NCBI GenBank assembly: GCA_965205675.1
Contig: OZ242186.1
Location: forward strand, 448,001-512,000
From: Nitrosopumilus sp.
Lineage (GTDB): Archaea; Thermoproteota; Nitrososphaeria; Nitrososphaerales; Nitrosopumilaceae
Reading direction: 5' to 3'
DNA: 64,000 bases
In this document: piece by piece, positions 21,070-31,007 of the stretch
How the letters are laid out: each line of letters starts with the position of its first letter
Position numbering within the stretch: the first letter of the stretch is position 1
Program-made: the position numbers and the translations under genes
Notes under the pieces: generated by a model
Database searches by the model: none
Told to the model about the DNA's origin: nothing
Seen by the model: the letters and a program-made list of their open reading frames with translations, nothing else

Positions 21070-21687
21070 GTGGAGCGAATCGAAAAGACCATACTTTCCA
21101 TCATGTATGTATGCCAAATTGAAGGAAAAAAATCATTGAAAATAATTAAAGAAAGAAATATGCTTCCAGAAGATACCATTAATTCAAAAATTAATGAATT
21201 GATTGAAAATCAACTAGTCAATAAAGATAGAAACACTCTGACTGAAATGGGAAGAGATTCATTAAAAGTAGTATTAGCAGGAGGAGTTTTCGACATTATA
21301 CATCCAGGACATATTCATACATTAAATGCTGCAAAAGAATTAGGAGACGTTTTGGTTGTTGTAGTTGCAACTGACAATACAGCAGTAAAAATGAAGAAAC
21401 GTAATCCATTACACAGTCAAGAGCAAAGACAAGAGTTAATTAATTCATTATCAATGGTAGATCTTTGCCTAATTGGACAAGAACGGGATATGTTTAAAAC
21501 AGTAAATCGTGTCAGACCACAAATAATTGCATTAGGTTATGATCAAATTCATCAAGAGAAATTTATCACAGATGGATGTAAAAAAATACAACTTGATGCA
21601 AAAGTTGCAAGATTGCAATCCCCAATTCCTGAAAGTTCTAGCTCTAAAATTCAAAAAGAATATGGTGAATCAATTCATGGGATTTAG
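21070..21687 (+). CDS. ribL: FAD synthetase (RibL, cytidylyltransferase fold) with N-terminal extension
   Basis: GGVFDIIHPGH, IALGYDQ, SSSKI; convergent with ribK. Confidence 0.8.
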   Translation: MERIEKTILSIMYVCQIEGKKSLKIIKERNMLPEDTINSKINELIENQLVNKDRNTLTEMGRDSLKVVLAGGVFDIIHPGHIHTLNAAKELGDVLVVVVATDNTAVKMKKRNPLHSQEQRQELINSLSMVDLCLIGQERDMFKTVNRVRPQIIALGYDQIHQEKFITDGCKKIQLDAKVARLQSPIPESSSSKIQKEYGESIHGI

Positions 21688-22367
21688 GAATTAATTGAAA
21701 TTTTAATTGAAATTTTAGAACCATCTTTTAATTTTGCAATTTTTCTTAAACAAGATTTCGAAATTAACTCTATGATCGAATCATCATGATGTGTACGCTC
21801 AAGAATAATCAATTCACAGTTTGCAGAGTTGTTAAGTTTAGCAGTAAAGCATTTTACCCATCCATAAGTTCTCTTTCCATCAGAAAAACTTTTAATTTTT
21901 ACACCATCCAAAGTTTCAAATTGTTTGATCGCTTCTTGATGGATTTTTTGATCTAACCTAACATTAAGAGTTCCAGGATATGGTACATAACCAATTTTTG
22001 ATTTGAATTGTTTTGTATATCCCTTTAGTCCCATATAGTATGCACCTTCACCCATTCCAGAAACTAACGTACCTCTCAATTCAACATGAGAGGGAGATGA
22101 ATCAAGACTTTTTTGTAGAACGGATGAGAGTTTTACCATTTCAAAAAATCCTCTAGGAGTAATCTTAACAGAGATATTTCTACCATTAATAATTCTCTCG
22201 ATAAATTGATTTTGCTCTAATTCAACAAGATGTTTTGATGCAGATTGTTGAGATTTTCTTATACTTTTTCCAAGCGAAGATGTAGTAATAGAGACGTAGT
22301 TATATTTTGCCCCTTTAGAAAGTAAATATGAAAGAGTTAGAATATGTTGAATCTTTATCTCAGACAT
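21684..22367 (-). CDS. ribK: CTP-dependent riboflavin kinase with N-terminal wHTH
   Basis: SQQSASKHL, VSGMGEG, PYPGTLN, ERTHH. Confidence 0.92.
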   Translation of the reverse strand: MSEIKIQHILTLSYLLSKGAKYNYVSITTSSLGKSIRKSQQSASKHLVELEQNQFIERIINGRNISVKITPRGFFEMVKLSSVLQKSLDSSPSHVELRGTLVSGMGEGAYYMGLKGYTKQFKSKIGYVPYPGTLNVRLDQKIHQEAIKQFETLDGVKIKSFSDGKRTYGWVKCFTAKLNNSANCELIILERTHHDDSIIELISKSCLRKIAKLKDGSKISIKISINS

Positions 22368-22372
22368 CTATG

Positions 22373-23515
22373 TTAAGATACACCCAAGTCGCCAAATGTT
22401 TTTAGTTTTATTCCATCTGAATTAGATAGTTTTGCAACTCTATGTCCAATGACATATTCAACATCAGCGTTTTTTGCACCTTCTAAAAGTCTTTGAGTGA
22501 TAATGCCATCCAATAGAAGATATTTGATTCCAGATTGTGAAGATAATTTACTGACAACTTCACTTATTGGAACTTTGAATACTTCATTTTGATCATTATC
22601 CAATGCTACTGCTTCAAGTGTTTCATTTAGATTTACAAATACTTTGGTTGCCATTTCTGCAATAGGTTTATCATCTTCATTTTTTAGTTCAGGTGTGGGT
22701 TTTCCATTTTTAATCTCATCAGCAATAGGTCTTAGAATTTCATCTAATCTTTGTGGAGTTAATTCTTCAACTTCAACACCATTATCTGCTTGGATTTCAT
22801 AATCTAAAGTAACAAAAGATTTGAGTTCTCTGAGAATAAATCCACCGGCTCTATCCCCATCAAGGAAAGCAACTACATTATCTTTAGAATTACACAATTC
22901 TTTTATTGATTCATCAATTTTTGCACCTTCAATTGCAAGTACATTATCATATCCAGCTCTTAGAAGATTAATTACATCAGCTCTCCCTTCGACTAGAATT
23001 ACCCAATTAGAATCAAAAACACCAGAACTACAAGTTAGTTTAGATGCACCATATGTAGATAATTTTCCACCATCACCTTGGTGAACATCATTAAGCATAC
23101 TTTCACCTTCACTAACAGTTTTAGTTGCCCATTTTTGTTTGATTTCTTTTGCACGTTTTACAATATCATCTTTCTTTGCAGCTCGTACATCATCAATGGC
23201 TTCTAATTTGAAGGTACAATCAAATGGCCCTACTTTATCAATGCTTTCGATACCTGCTGCAATTAATGCACATGTATCAATATCAGTACTCATTGGAATT
23301 AACGCATCACCACTAGTAGTGTTAGATGTAGATTTTGCATTAATTTCAATACGGCCTACTTTAGAAACTCGTTGCAGTTCATTCAAATTCATCTCTGGGC
23401 CTAACAGTCCTTCTGTTTGGCCAAAGATAGCTCCGATTATATCTGCTCTTTCAACGAGTCCATCGACTTCATAGGAAAGCTTAACATGATATTTGACAAT
23501 TCCTGATTGAGGCAT
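22373..23515 (-). CDS. dnaG: Archaeal DnaG (TOPRIM)
   Basis: GAIFGQTEGLLG, VEGRADV, DGDRAG. Confidence 0.95.
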   Translation of the reverse strand: MPQSGIVKYHVKLSYEVDGLVERADIIGAIFGQTEGLLGPEMNLNELQRVSKVGRIEINAKSTSNTTSGDALIPMSTDIDTCALIAAGIESIDKVGPFDCTFKLEAIDDVRAAKKDDIVKRAKEIKQKWATKTVSEGESMLNDVHQGDGGKLSTYGASKLTCSSGVFDSNWVILVEGRADVINLLRAGYDNVLAIEGAKIDESIKELCNSKDNVVAFLDGDRAGGFILRELKSFVTLDYEIQADNGVEVEELTPQRLDEILRPIADEIKNGKPTPELKNEDDKPIAEMATKVFVNLNETLEAVALDNDQNEVFKVPISEVVSKLSSQSGIKYLLLDGIITQRLLEGAKNADVEYVIGHRVAKLSNSDGIKLKTFGDLGVS

Positions 23516-23660
23516 AAACTATTCATCTCCTTTATTATCATATTTTGAATTCCTGATTGCAATATATGAGGGTATCGCAAAAAATGGCATTAACAAATGA
23601 TATTGTTAAAAAAATAGGAAATTCTAGAAGAGTCTAAAAATGAAAAATAATGATATGTGT

Positions 23661-24011
23661 TTATTCAGTACTAAATGAGTGACCACATGAACAGGATTTT
23701 GTAACATTTGGGTTGTTAATTTTGAATCCAGAGCCCATTAGGCTTTCAATATAGTCTACGTTTGCACCTTGTAGATGGTCAACACTGTAGCTATCAACTA
23801 GAAGTTTAACGCCATTTTCTTCTAAGACAATGTCGTCTTCTTCTGGTGCTTTCTCAAATCCCATTCCATAAGATAGACCAGAACAACCACCGCCTTGAAC
23901 ATATACTCTAAGGTATTCAGGTGATTCTGCTTCTTCTTTCATGAATTCATGAATTTTTTCAGCTGCTTTTGCGGTAACTGTGACCATTTTTTGTGTTTGT
24001 TCAGTTGCCAT
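23661..24011 (-). CDS. HesB/IscA Fe-S cluster carrier
   Basis: GGGCSG, CSCGHSF. Confidence 0.95.
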   Translation of the reverse strand: MATEQTQKMVTVTAKAAEKIHEFMKEEAESPEYLRVYVQGGGCSGLSYGMGFEKAPEEDDIVLEENGVKLLVDSYSVDHLQGANVDYIESLMGSGFKINNPNVTKSCSCGHSFSTE

Positions 24012-24108
24012 TATAAATAAAAATGACGATTCAAATTATAATAATCTTTTCACACCTGACACAGTGGGAATTAATGAAAATAGTGTATTTTTGTTAAGAT
24101 TATAATTG

Positions 24109-24475
24109 TCAGTGATCAGCAATATGCGTGATTCAATCACTTGAAGTGATTATTCCAACGACTTTGTCATCTTCAATTACAGGTAATTTTCAGACATTTC
24201 AAATAGGCATTAAATCAAACGCCATTTACAAATCAAAGTTTAGATCTATTGGATTAAAGGTAATGCATTATTCGTTTGACAGGGATATATTAATAGAATA
24301 AAAATGTGTGATAATTTTAATTGCAAAATTTCTATTAGTTGTGATTCCAACTGAAAGACTATTTTCCAAAACTACAATCGCATCAATTACAAGGTAAAAT
24401 ATTGATGACTTCTAGGAAATCTGTATTAGATAACACAGAAAATGTTTTTGAAATTATAGAATGGTGAATTGGCAT
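24109..24475 (-). pseudogene. CBS-domain protein pseudogene
   Basis: DAIVVLENSLSVGITTNRNFAIKI...KLPVIEDDKVVGIITSSD*ITHIADH* with several stops. Confidence 0.7.
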
Positions 24476-24613
24476 AGTTACTGTGAAATAAAAAATATAT
24501 CAAAAATGATTTTCAAAAATACACTTCACCACAAAATAATAAAAGATGCTTTGTATTCAAATCAATTCTATCATCTGTACTCTTGAAATAGATAAAAGAC
24601 AATAATTAATTTC

Positions 24614-24727
24614 TAAAATCTTTGTTTTTGATATTTTTGTATGTATGTTGTCTAGTTTTATTCTAATTGATAAAATCTTTGTTTTTGATATTTTTGTATG
24701 TATGTTGTCTAGTTTTATTCTAATTGA
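24614..24727. repeat. 57-bp perfect tandem duplication spanning the ftsZ stop codon
   Basis: taaaatctttgtttttgatatttttgtatgtatgttgtctagttttattctaattga at 24614 and 24671. Confidence 0.92.
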
Positions 24728-25662
24728 TACAAGTCTAATTCACAGTCAATACTACAATCTGATGTTGACCAATCAAGAGTATTTTCTTGTGGAATCGTTC
24801 CTAAAGGATCATAATTATCAAACTTTGTCATTCCTTGAATTGATGATAGCATTACTACTTTGGATTCTTCTGATGAACTCATATCGATCTGAGAATTGCT
24901 TCCACTAACAATCCCTGTTGTAAGATTTGTAATTGAATTGATTACTCCTACCGGTATGTTGTTTCCCCCAACGACATACAAAATTGAGCGTTTAACTGAA
25001 TTTGGTACTGCATTTTCATATAGCATTTTGAGTGAATCTCTTAGCGAATCTTCAATATTTTGACCATTTTTGCTTGTAGATAGAATGCTTGTTTCATCAG
25101 ATATTTCTGATGATCCTAGGGATTTCACAACATGCATCATTGCAGAATTTGCTATTTCATAACATGCTTTAGGACTTAGATCTGGATTGCTTTCAAGTAG
25201 TGAATCATTATCAAGTACTATGGTACATTCTGAGTTTTCTCTTATTCTTTTTAGAGATATACCAGAATTGAAAATTCTATCTTTTTCATATTTGAAAGGC
25301 ATAATTGCAAATGAAACTAATCCTGTTTCCACTTCTTTGCATATTTCTGATACTACAGGAGCCATAGCTGAGCCTGCTTTACCTGCTAAATTACTCATTA
25401 AGACAACTGTGGAATATTTTGAAACTTTTGATTTGATTTCTTCGAATACTTTGTATGTTGAGCCCTTGATTAACTGAACTGATGGGTTGACAACTGAATC
25501 TGTTGTAACATGTATTGATGTATTCCCTGCTGAGAAATCTTTTTTATTATTGCTAATTATTAGACAATCTGAATTTAGGAACTCTTTTGTTTGAATTGCT
25601 AATTTTGAGCCTACGCCCCCAAGACCTACAACTAAAATTGGTTCTTTAACTTGAAAACTCAT
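24715..25662 (-). CDS. ftsZ: Divergent FtsZ/tubulin-family protein
   Basis: VVGLGGVGS, MPFKYE, LDNDSL; signature loop diverged to LAGKAGS. Confidence 0.8.
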   Translation of the reverse strand: MSFQVKEPILVVGLGGVGSKLAIQTKEFLNSDCLIISNNKKDFSAGNTSIHVTTDSVVNPSVQLIKGSTYKVFEEIKSKVSKYSTVVLMSNLAGKAGSAMAPVVSEICKEVETGLVSFAIMPFKYEKDRIFNSGISLKRIRENSECTIVLDNDSLLESNPDLSPKACYEIANSAMMHVVKSLGSSEISDETSILSTSKNGQNIEDSLRDSLKMLYENAVPNSVKRSILYVVGGNNIPVGVINSITNLTTGIVSGSNSQIDMSSSEESKVVMLSSIQGMTKFDNYDPLGTIPQENTLDWSTSDCSIDCELDLYQLE

Positions 25663-25734
25663 TCTGATCTTGTTTTCTGATTTAGATAAAAAACCTTCTT
25701 ACGTTTTTTTAATCAAATTTTAGATCGAAAAAAA

Positions 25735-27003
25735 TTAGCTTGCGATCTTACCAGTTAATCTCTTTACTGTAGCATCTGTGATCTCAACTATATATGATTG
25801 CCCTAATTTTACATCTTCTTTAATGGCTATAGGCTTGTAGGCAAAATTTCTACCCTTTATTCCTTCATCTGTCATCTCATCGAATAGGACTTTGCCTTTC
25901 CATCCGATCCACTTTTGATTGCTTTCCATTGATATTTTACTGATCTGTTCAAAAATTATCCTACTTCTGCGTTTAACTTCTGCCGTGTTAATTTGTTCCA
26001 ATTCTGCAGCATCTGTTCCTGGCCTTGAACTATACTTTGATAGATTGACAGAATCTGGTTTTGTTTCATCTAACAATGTTATTGTTTTTTGAAATTCTTC
26101 TTCTGTTTCAGAAGGAAAACCTACAATGATATCTGTCGAAATAGTAAATTTCTCAAATCTTTCTTTTACCCTATTCACGATTTTTCTAAACGTTCCAGAC
26201 GTGTGCCCTCGTTTCATATCATAAAGTACTTTATCACTTCCGCTTTGCACTGGAATATGTAAAAATTTGAACACTTTTTCATTATCAAAAGATTTGATTA
26301 AATTTTCTTTGATTCTTGGCATGTACATTGGATTCATCATGCCAACCCTTATCATGAAATCATTTGGAATTTCTGAAACTGCACTTATCAGTGATGGTAG
26401 ATCAGTACCAATATCAAACCCATAACATCCATTATCTGTTGATGTTAACCATACTTCTTTACATCCTTCTTTGATTTCAGTATGAACTTGTCTTACAATA
26501 TCCCCTAATCTATAACTTGAAAGATTTCCTTTTGATAATTTAGTTTGACAAAACGTGCATTCACTTAAACAGCCACTTGCAATTTCTACAATCCCCACTG
26601 TTGGATTTAGTCTAACTTTTGGCAGTCCAACTTTTGATACATCTGAATCTTCTAATGCTATTTGTTTTCTTCCTCCTAACGTTGAATTAATCACTTGAAG
26701 GGTTTTGCCTAATGAATTCGGCCCTAACAAACTAGCATTTTTTGAGAATTTCTCAACTGTTTCTTTTTCTGCTTTAGGTAAACATCCTGCTACTATGAGT
26801 GGTTTTGATTTTAATGAATTTATTCTATGCATCATTTTATTTGCAGTCGAATCTTTGACTGAACATGTAACTACAATATTTAGATCAGAATCTGAAGAAT
26901 TATCTGCTAATACGTGTCCTCCATTTTGAATCAATCCTGAAATCATTTCTGAATCTGCAAAACTGGCAGAACATCCATAAGCTTCTACAAAAATTTTCGC
27001 CAT
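25735..27003 (-). CDS. Radical SAM tRNA methylthiotransferase (archaeal MtaB/MiaB-like)
   Basis: YGCSAS, TCSVK, GCL, CLSECTFC, TRAM C-terminus. Confidence 0.9.
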   Translation of the reverse strand: MAKIFVEAYGCSASFADSEMISGLIQNGGHVLADNSSDSDLNIVVTCSVKDSTANKMMHRINSLKSKPLIVAGCLPKAEKETVEKFSKNASLLGPNSLGKTLQVINSTLGGRKQIALEDSDVSKVGLPKVRLNPTVGIVEIASGCLSECTFCQTKLSKGNLSSYRLGDIVRQVHTEIKEGCKEVWLTSTDNGCYGFDIGTDLPSLISAVSEIPNDFMIRVGMMNPMYMPRIKENLIKSFDNEKVFKFLHIPVQSGSDKVLYDMKRGHTSGTFRKIVNRVKERFEKFTISTDIIVGFPSETEEEFQKTITLLDETKPDSVNLSKYSSRPGTDAAELEQINTAEVKRRSRIIFEQISKISMESNQKWIGWKGKVLFDEMTDEGIKGRNFAYKPIAIKEDVKLGQSYIVEITDATVKRLTGKIAS

Positions 27004-27006
27004 GTT

Positions 27007-28368
27007 CTATCCAAATAGAGCGTCAATCTCTTTGTTATTCATTAGTCTCTTTGAAATTACTATCTCTCTGATAGTTTTTCCAGTTTTTAATGATTCTTTG
27101 AAAAATTCTGCAGATTTTAGATATCCGATTCTTGGAGTTAACAATGTGACAATTACTGGGCTGTTCTCAATATCTGCACGTAGTTTGTTTTTGTTAGCTG
27201 TTAACCCATCAATTAGATTTGCAGAAAATATTGGTAAGAAATTTTTAATCATATCTGTTGACTCTAACATACACTTTAGCATTCCTGGAAGCATGACGTT
27301 TAATTCAAACTGTCCACCTTGTGCCGCATAAGACACTGCTGTATCATTTCCAATTATGTTAAAACAAATCATGTTCATGCATTCAGCTAAAGATGGGTTT
27401 ATTTTTCCAGGCATGATTGATGAGCCTGCATGCACTGCAGGAATTCCTAATTCTGCCAATCCTGCAATTGGTCCTGATGCCATCAATCTAATGTCATTGG
27501 CAATTTTTCCTATTTCTAATGCCAAATTTCGTAATGCACTTGATAAATTTACAATTGCAAATTTACTTTGTAAACTATGCTGCATGTCTTTTTCCAGTTT
27601 TAGTGATAATTTTGAAATCTTTCCTAGTTCTGATACTGCAATCTTTCTGTAACCTTTTGGAGTATTAGCTCCTGTACCTACAGCTGTTCCTCCCAATGCG
27701 ACATATTGTAATTCTTTTTGTGCATCTGTGATTTCTCTCCTTGCTTTTGTCAGTGATGTTACATATGCGTCAAATTCACTACCCAATGTAACTGGTAATG
27801 CATCCATGAGATGGGTTCTCCCTATTTTCTTAAATGATGAAAATTGTTTTGCTTTTTTGGATAATGATTTTATCAAAATATCTATTGCAGGAATTGTCTC
27901 TTTTAGATTCATCAAAATTGCAACATGCATGGCAGTGGGATATGTGTCATTGCTTGATTGTGACATATTGACATGATCATTTGGGTGTAAGAATTCGTAT
28001 TGTCCTTTCTTTTTGTGAAGTACTTCTAATGCCACATTGGAAATAACTTCATTAGAATTCATGTTAAAAGCAGTACCTGCTCCAGAATTTATCATATCTA
28101 CAACAAATTGATCAGTATATTTTCCTGACAATATCTTGTCACATGCTGAAACAATTGCTTTTCCACGTTTTGCATCGATAGCTTTTGTCTTCATATTTGC
28201 AACTGCTGCTGAGCGTTTTATCATTACAAACGACTTTATCAAATTCTCGTGACTTTTGTTGCCTGTTACGTGATATTGTTTGATGGCTCTTCCTGTGAAT
28301 GCCCCATAATATGCATCAGATGGGATTTTGACTTTTCCAAGTGAATCTTGATCTAATCTAAATTTCAT
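27007..28368 (-). CDS. Class II fumarase/aspartate ammonia-lyase
   Basis: GSSIMPGKINP, SQSSND, GRTHLMDA. Confidence 0.92.
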   Translation of the reverse strand: MKFRLDQDSLGKVKIPSDAYYGAFTGRAIKQYHVTGNKSHENLIKSFVMIKRSAAVANMKTKAIDAKRGKAIVSACDKILSGKYTDQFVVDMINSGAGTAFNMNSNEVISNVALEVLHKKKGQYEFLHPNDHVNMSQSSNDTYPTAMHVAILMNLKETIPAIDILIKSLSKKAKQFSSFKKIGRTHLMDALPVTLGSEFDAYVTSLTKARREITDAQKELQYVALGGTAVGTGANTPKGYRKIAVSELGKISKLSLKLEKDMQHSLQSKFAIVNLSSALRNLALEIGKIANDIRLMASGPIAGLAELGIPAVHAGSSIMPGKINPSLAECMNMICFNIIGNDTAVSYAAQGGQFELNVMLPGMLKCMLESTDMIKNFLPIFSANLIDGLTANKNKLRADIENSPVIVTLLTPRIGYLKSAEFFKESLKTGKTIREIVISKRLMNNKEIDALFG

Positions 28369-28479
28369 GTTATCTCTACTCTATTTCCCCCCATTATTCA
28401 TTCTTTTATTGATAAGAACATTTTGACACATTCAATAAAAAGGGGAATTATTATATAGGAATTGTAAGGTCGTTGGGTT

Positions 28480-29901
28480 ATGAATAAGCGTGTTAGTATG
28501 CTCTTTACAATTACAGCAGTAGCTGTAATGGGAGCAACCTTATTCGGAAGCACATACACACAAACCCAGATTACTGGACAATCACTTGACATTACAAAAA
28601 TGGATGCCGATGTAATTGAACAAATCCATCAAATGGGTGGTTTACAGCTTGTAATGCCTCAAGCATTCGCAGAAACTGATTGTGGTGTACTTGAATCTTC
28701 TGGACGCACTGTCGTCGAGTTTGATTTGACTGGTGAAAGTGTTGAACTCCCAATTATGGGAGGGAAAACTTACAATGCCATGACCTTTAGTGGACAAGTC
28801 CCAGGACCAACACTAAGAGTCACACAAGGCGATGTTGTAAAAATGACACTTACAATTCCAGATGATGAAGTTACTGGACACGGTAATGACATGCATGCAT
28901 CACAATTGTCCTCAAGCAATTTTGAATCCGTTAATCCGGGTGAAACAAGTCAATATTGTTACATTGCTGAATCTGCTGGTGTTTTCAAATACCACTGTTC
29001 TGGTGTCAAACTAATTGGTATGGACCAACACGTTCTTTCCGGCATGTACGGAATTGCAATCGTTGATCCTATCAATGGCTATAAGAAACTCATGGTAGAG
29101 AAAACTTCAGTTAGTGGCGGCGAAGTTTCATTAGATAGGATGTTCTACGATGCAGATGCATTAGAGTTCCAACTCCAATACAATCAATTGTATTTGAATG
29201 ATGATGGCAATTATGATGCAACAGCAATGTTCCAACATCATAACACTGCAACAGTTGTTAATGGGATGCAATTTGGTTATGTACCAAACATGGCCCATAA
29301 TTTACTCGTCAATGGCGATGTAAACAGGAACATCTTTGTTGCACAACCATGGAATGGAATTGAACACAAACAATACCAATCACAACTCTTGTTTGTTGAA
29401 AATGATCAACATGTCAGACTCTTTGTTGAAAACCACGGTAACGAACCAGTATTTTTCCACATTGTTGGAGAAATTTTAGATAGAGTTACTCAAGGTAACA
29501 GAGTACAATCCGCAGCAACTGAAACATGGTTACTCGGAGGTTCACAAAACATGATTGTTGACTTGGTCTTTGATGAACCAGGTGCATATGCAGCAGTAAA
29601 CCATGATTATGCAGCAATTTACACTGGCGCTGCTACAGTATTTGTAGCAGGTGACCCATTCGGCTTGAACTCTGTTCTAGTTGAAAAAGGAGTTATCCCA
29701 GCACCAGTGCCATCTTATGCATATGCTTTAGGTAATCCAAGTGATGCTGTCCCACCAATGGGAATGAACAGTATTGCTCATCCTGCCCAAAACATTCACG
29801 GTTTAATGACTGATGATGTAGCTTCTGAAATGCAAGCAAGTGGCGATTATCTTGCATTATGGGAAATAATTCCTGTAGTGGCAGAAATCCTTACTTCTTG
29901 A
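28480..29901 (+). CDS. nirK: Copper-containing nitrite reductase (AOA type)
   Basis: Cu ligands HGNDMH, YHC, QHVLSGM, FHIVGE, VNHDY; N-terminal signal segment. Confidence 0.88.
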   Translation: MNKRVSMLFTITAVAVMGATLFGSTYTQTQITGQSLDITKMDADVIEQIHQMGGLQLVMPQAFAETDCGVLESSGRTVVEFDLTGESVELPIMGGKTYNAMTFSGQVPGPTLRVTQGDVVKMTLTIPDDEVTGHGNDMHASQLSSSNFESVNPGETSQYCYIAESAGVFKYHCSGVKLIGMDQHVLSGMYGIAIVDPINGYKKLMVEKTSVSGGEVSLDRMFYDADALEFQLQYNQLYLNDDGNYDATAMFQHHNTATVVNGMQFGYVPNMAHNLLVNGDVNRNIFVAQPWNGIEHKQYQSQLLFVENDQHVRLFVENHGNEPVFFHIVGEILDRVTQGNRVQSAATETWLLGGSQNMIVDLVFDEPGAYAAVNHDYAAIYTGAATVFVAGDPFGLNSVLVEKGVIPAPVPSYAYALGNPSDAVPPMGMNSIAHPAQNIHGLMTDDVASEMQASGDYLALWEIIPVVAEILTS

Positions 29902-29934
29902 TCTTTTAATCTCTTTTTTTCTTTTTATTTTCTT
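29902..29934 (+). terminator. T-rich archaeal terminator after nirK
   Basis: tcttttaatctctttttttctttttattttctt directly after the stop. Confidence 0.55.
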
Positions 29935-29969
29935 AATGAATTATATTCCGTTGGTCATTTTATTTTGTT

Positions 29970-30902
29970 ATGGGATTTGAAGACTCTGTACTAATTTGTG
30001 ATGAAGTAGATCCTATATTGAATAAGATTTTGATGGATAATGGATTCAAAGTTTCATACGAACCTAAAATTACTAAGGAGCAAATTCTTGAAAAAATTAT
30101 CACTTTTAATATTGTAATTGTAAGAAGTAGAACTACAATAACAAAAGAGATGATCGATAAAGCTGACAATTGTAAAATAATTGCACGTGTTGGAGTTGGA
30201 TTAGATAATGTTGATCAGGAAGCAGCTAAAATTAGGAACATTAGAGTAATTAATGCAGTTGAAGGTGCAATGAATGCAGTTGCGGAATTAGTTTTAGGCT
30301 TGATGTTATCTCTTGCAAGACAAACTACAAGAGGAGATAGAGCAATTAGAAATAAACAATGGCTTAAAAAAGAACTAAAGGGAACAGAACTTAGAGGAAA
30401 ATATCTAGGAATCATTGGTTTAGGTAATATTGGAAAAAGATTAGGCAGACTTGCACGAGCATTAAACATGAATATCATTGGTTATGATGTAATGCCAATT
30501 GATGAGGAATTTACAAAAGAAGTTGGTTTGATGAAAGCTGATTTGAATACTCTTTTACAAAGTTCTGATTATATCTCTATACATGTCCCACTTTTGGATT
30601 CTACATACCATCTTTTAGATGAAGAAAAAATATCTACTATGAAAAAAACTGCAAAAATTATCAACACTTCTAGAGGTGGTGTTGTCGATGAAGATGCTCT
30701 TTACAATGCTCTCAAAAATGGTATGTTGGGTGGTGCTGCATTAGATGTATTTGAAAAAGAACCTGCAATTGGAACAAAATTAGCAGAACTTGACAATGTA
30801 ATTTTAACGCCTCATATTGGTGCCCAAACAAAAGAGGCACAATCTTTAGCTGCCAATGTGATTGCTGAAAAAATTATCCAGATTCTCCGTGGTGTAATCT
30901 AA
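29970..30902 (+). CDS. D-2-hydroxyacid dehydrogenase (SerA-like)
   Basis: RVGVGLDNVD, GLGNIG, NTSRG, TPHIGA. Confidence 0.9.
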   Translation: MGFEDSVLICDEVDPILNKILMDNGFKVSYEPKITKEQILEKIITFNIVIVRSRTTITKEMIDKADNCKIIARVGVGLDNVDQEAAKIRNIRVINAVEGAMNAVAELVLGLMLSLARQTTRGDRAIRNKQWLKKELKGTELRGKYLGIIGLGNIGKRLGRLARALNMNIIGYDVMPIDEEFTKEVGLMKADLNTLLQSSDYISIHVPLLDSTYHLLDEEKISTMKKTAKIINTSRGGVVDEDALYNALKNGMLGGAALDVFEKEPAIGTKLAELDNVILTPHIGAQTKEAQSLAANVIAEKIIQILRGVI

Positions 30903-31007
30903 TCTAATTCATGTGCATTTACTAAAAATAAGTAAAAAAGCTTGACTTTTACGTGATTAATTGTCGTCTCTTCGTTTTTAAGGTCTATTTGGAGGTCGAT
31001 TATTATA

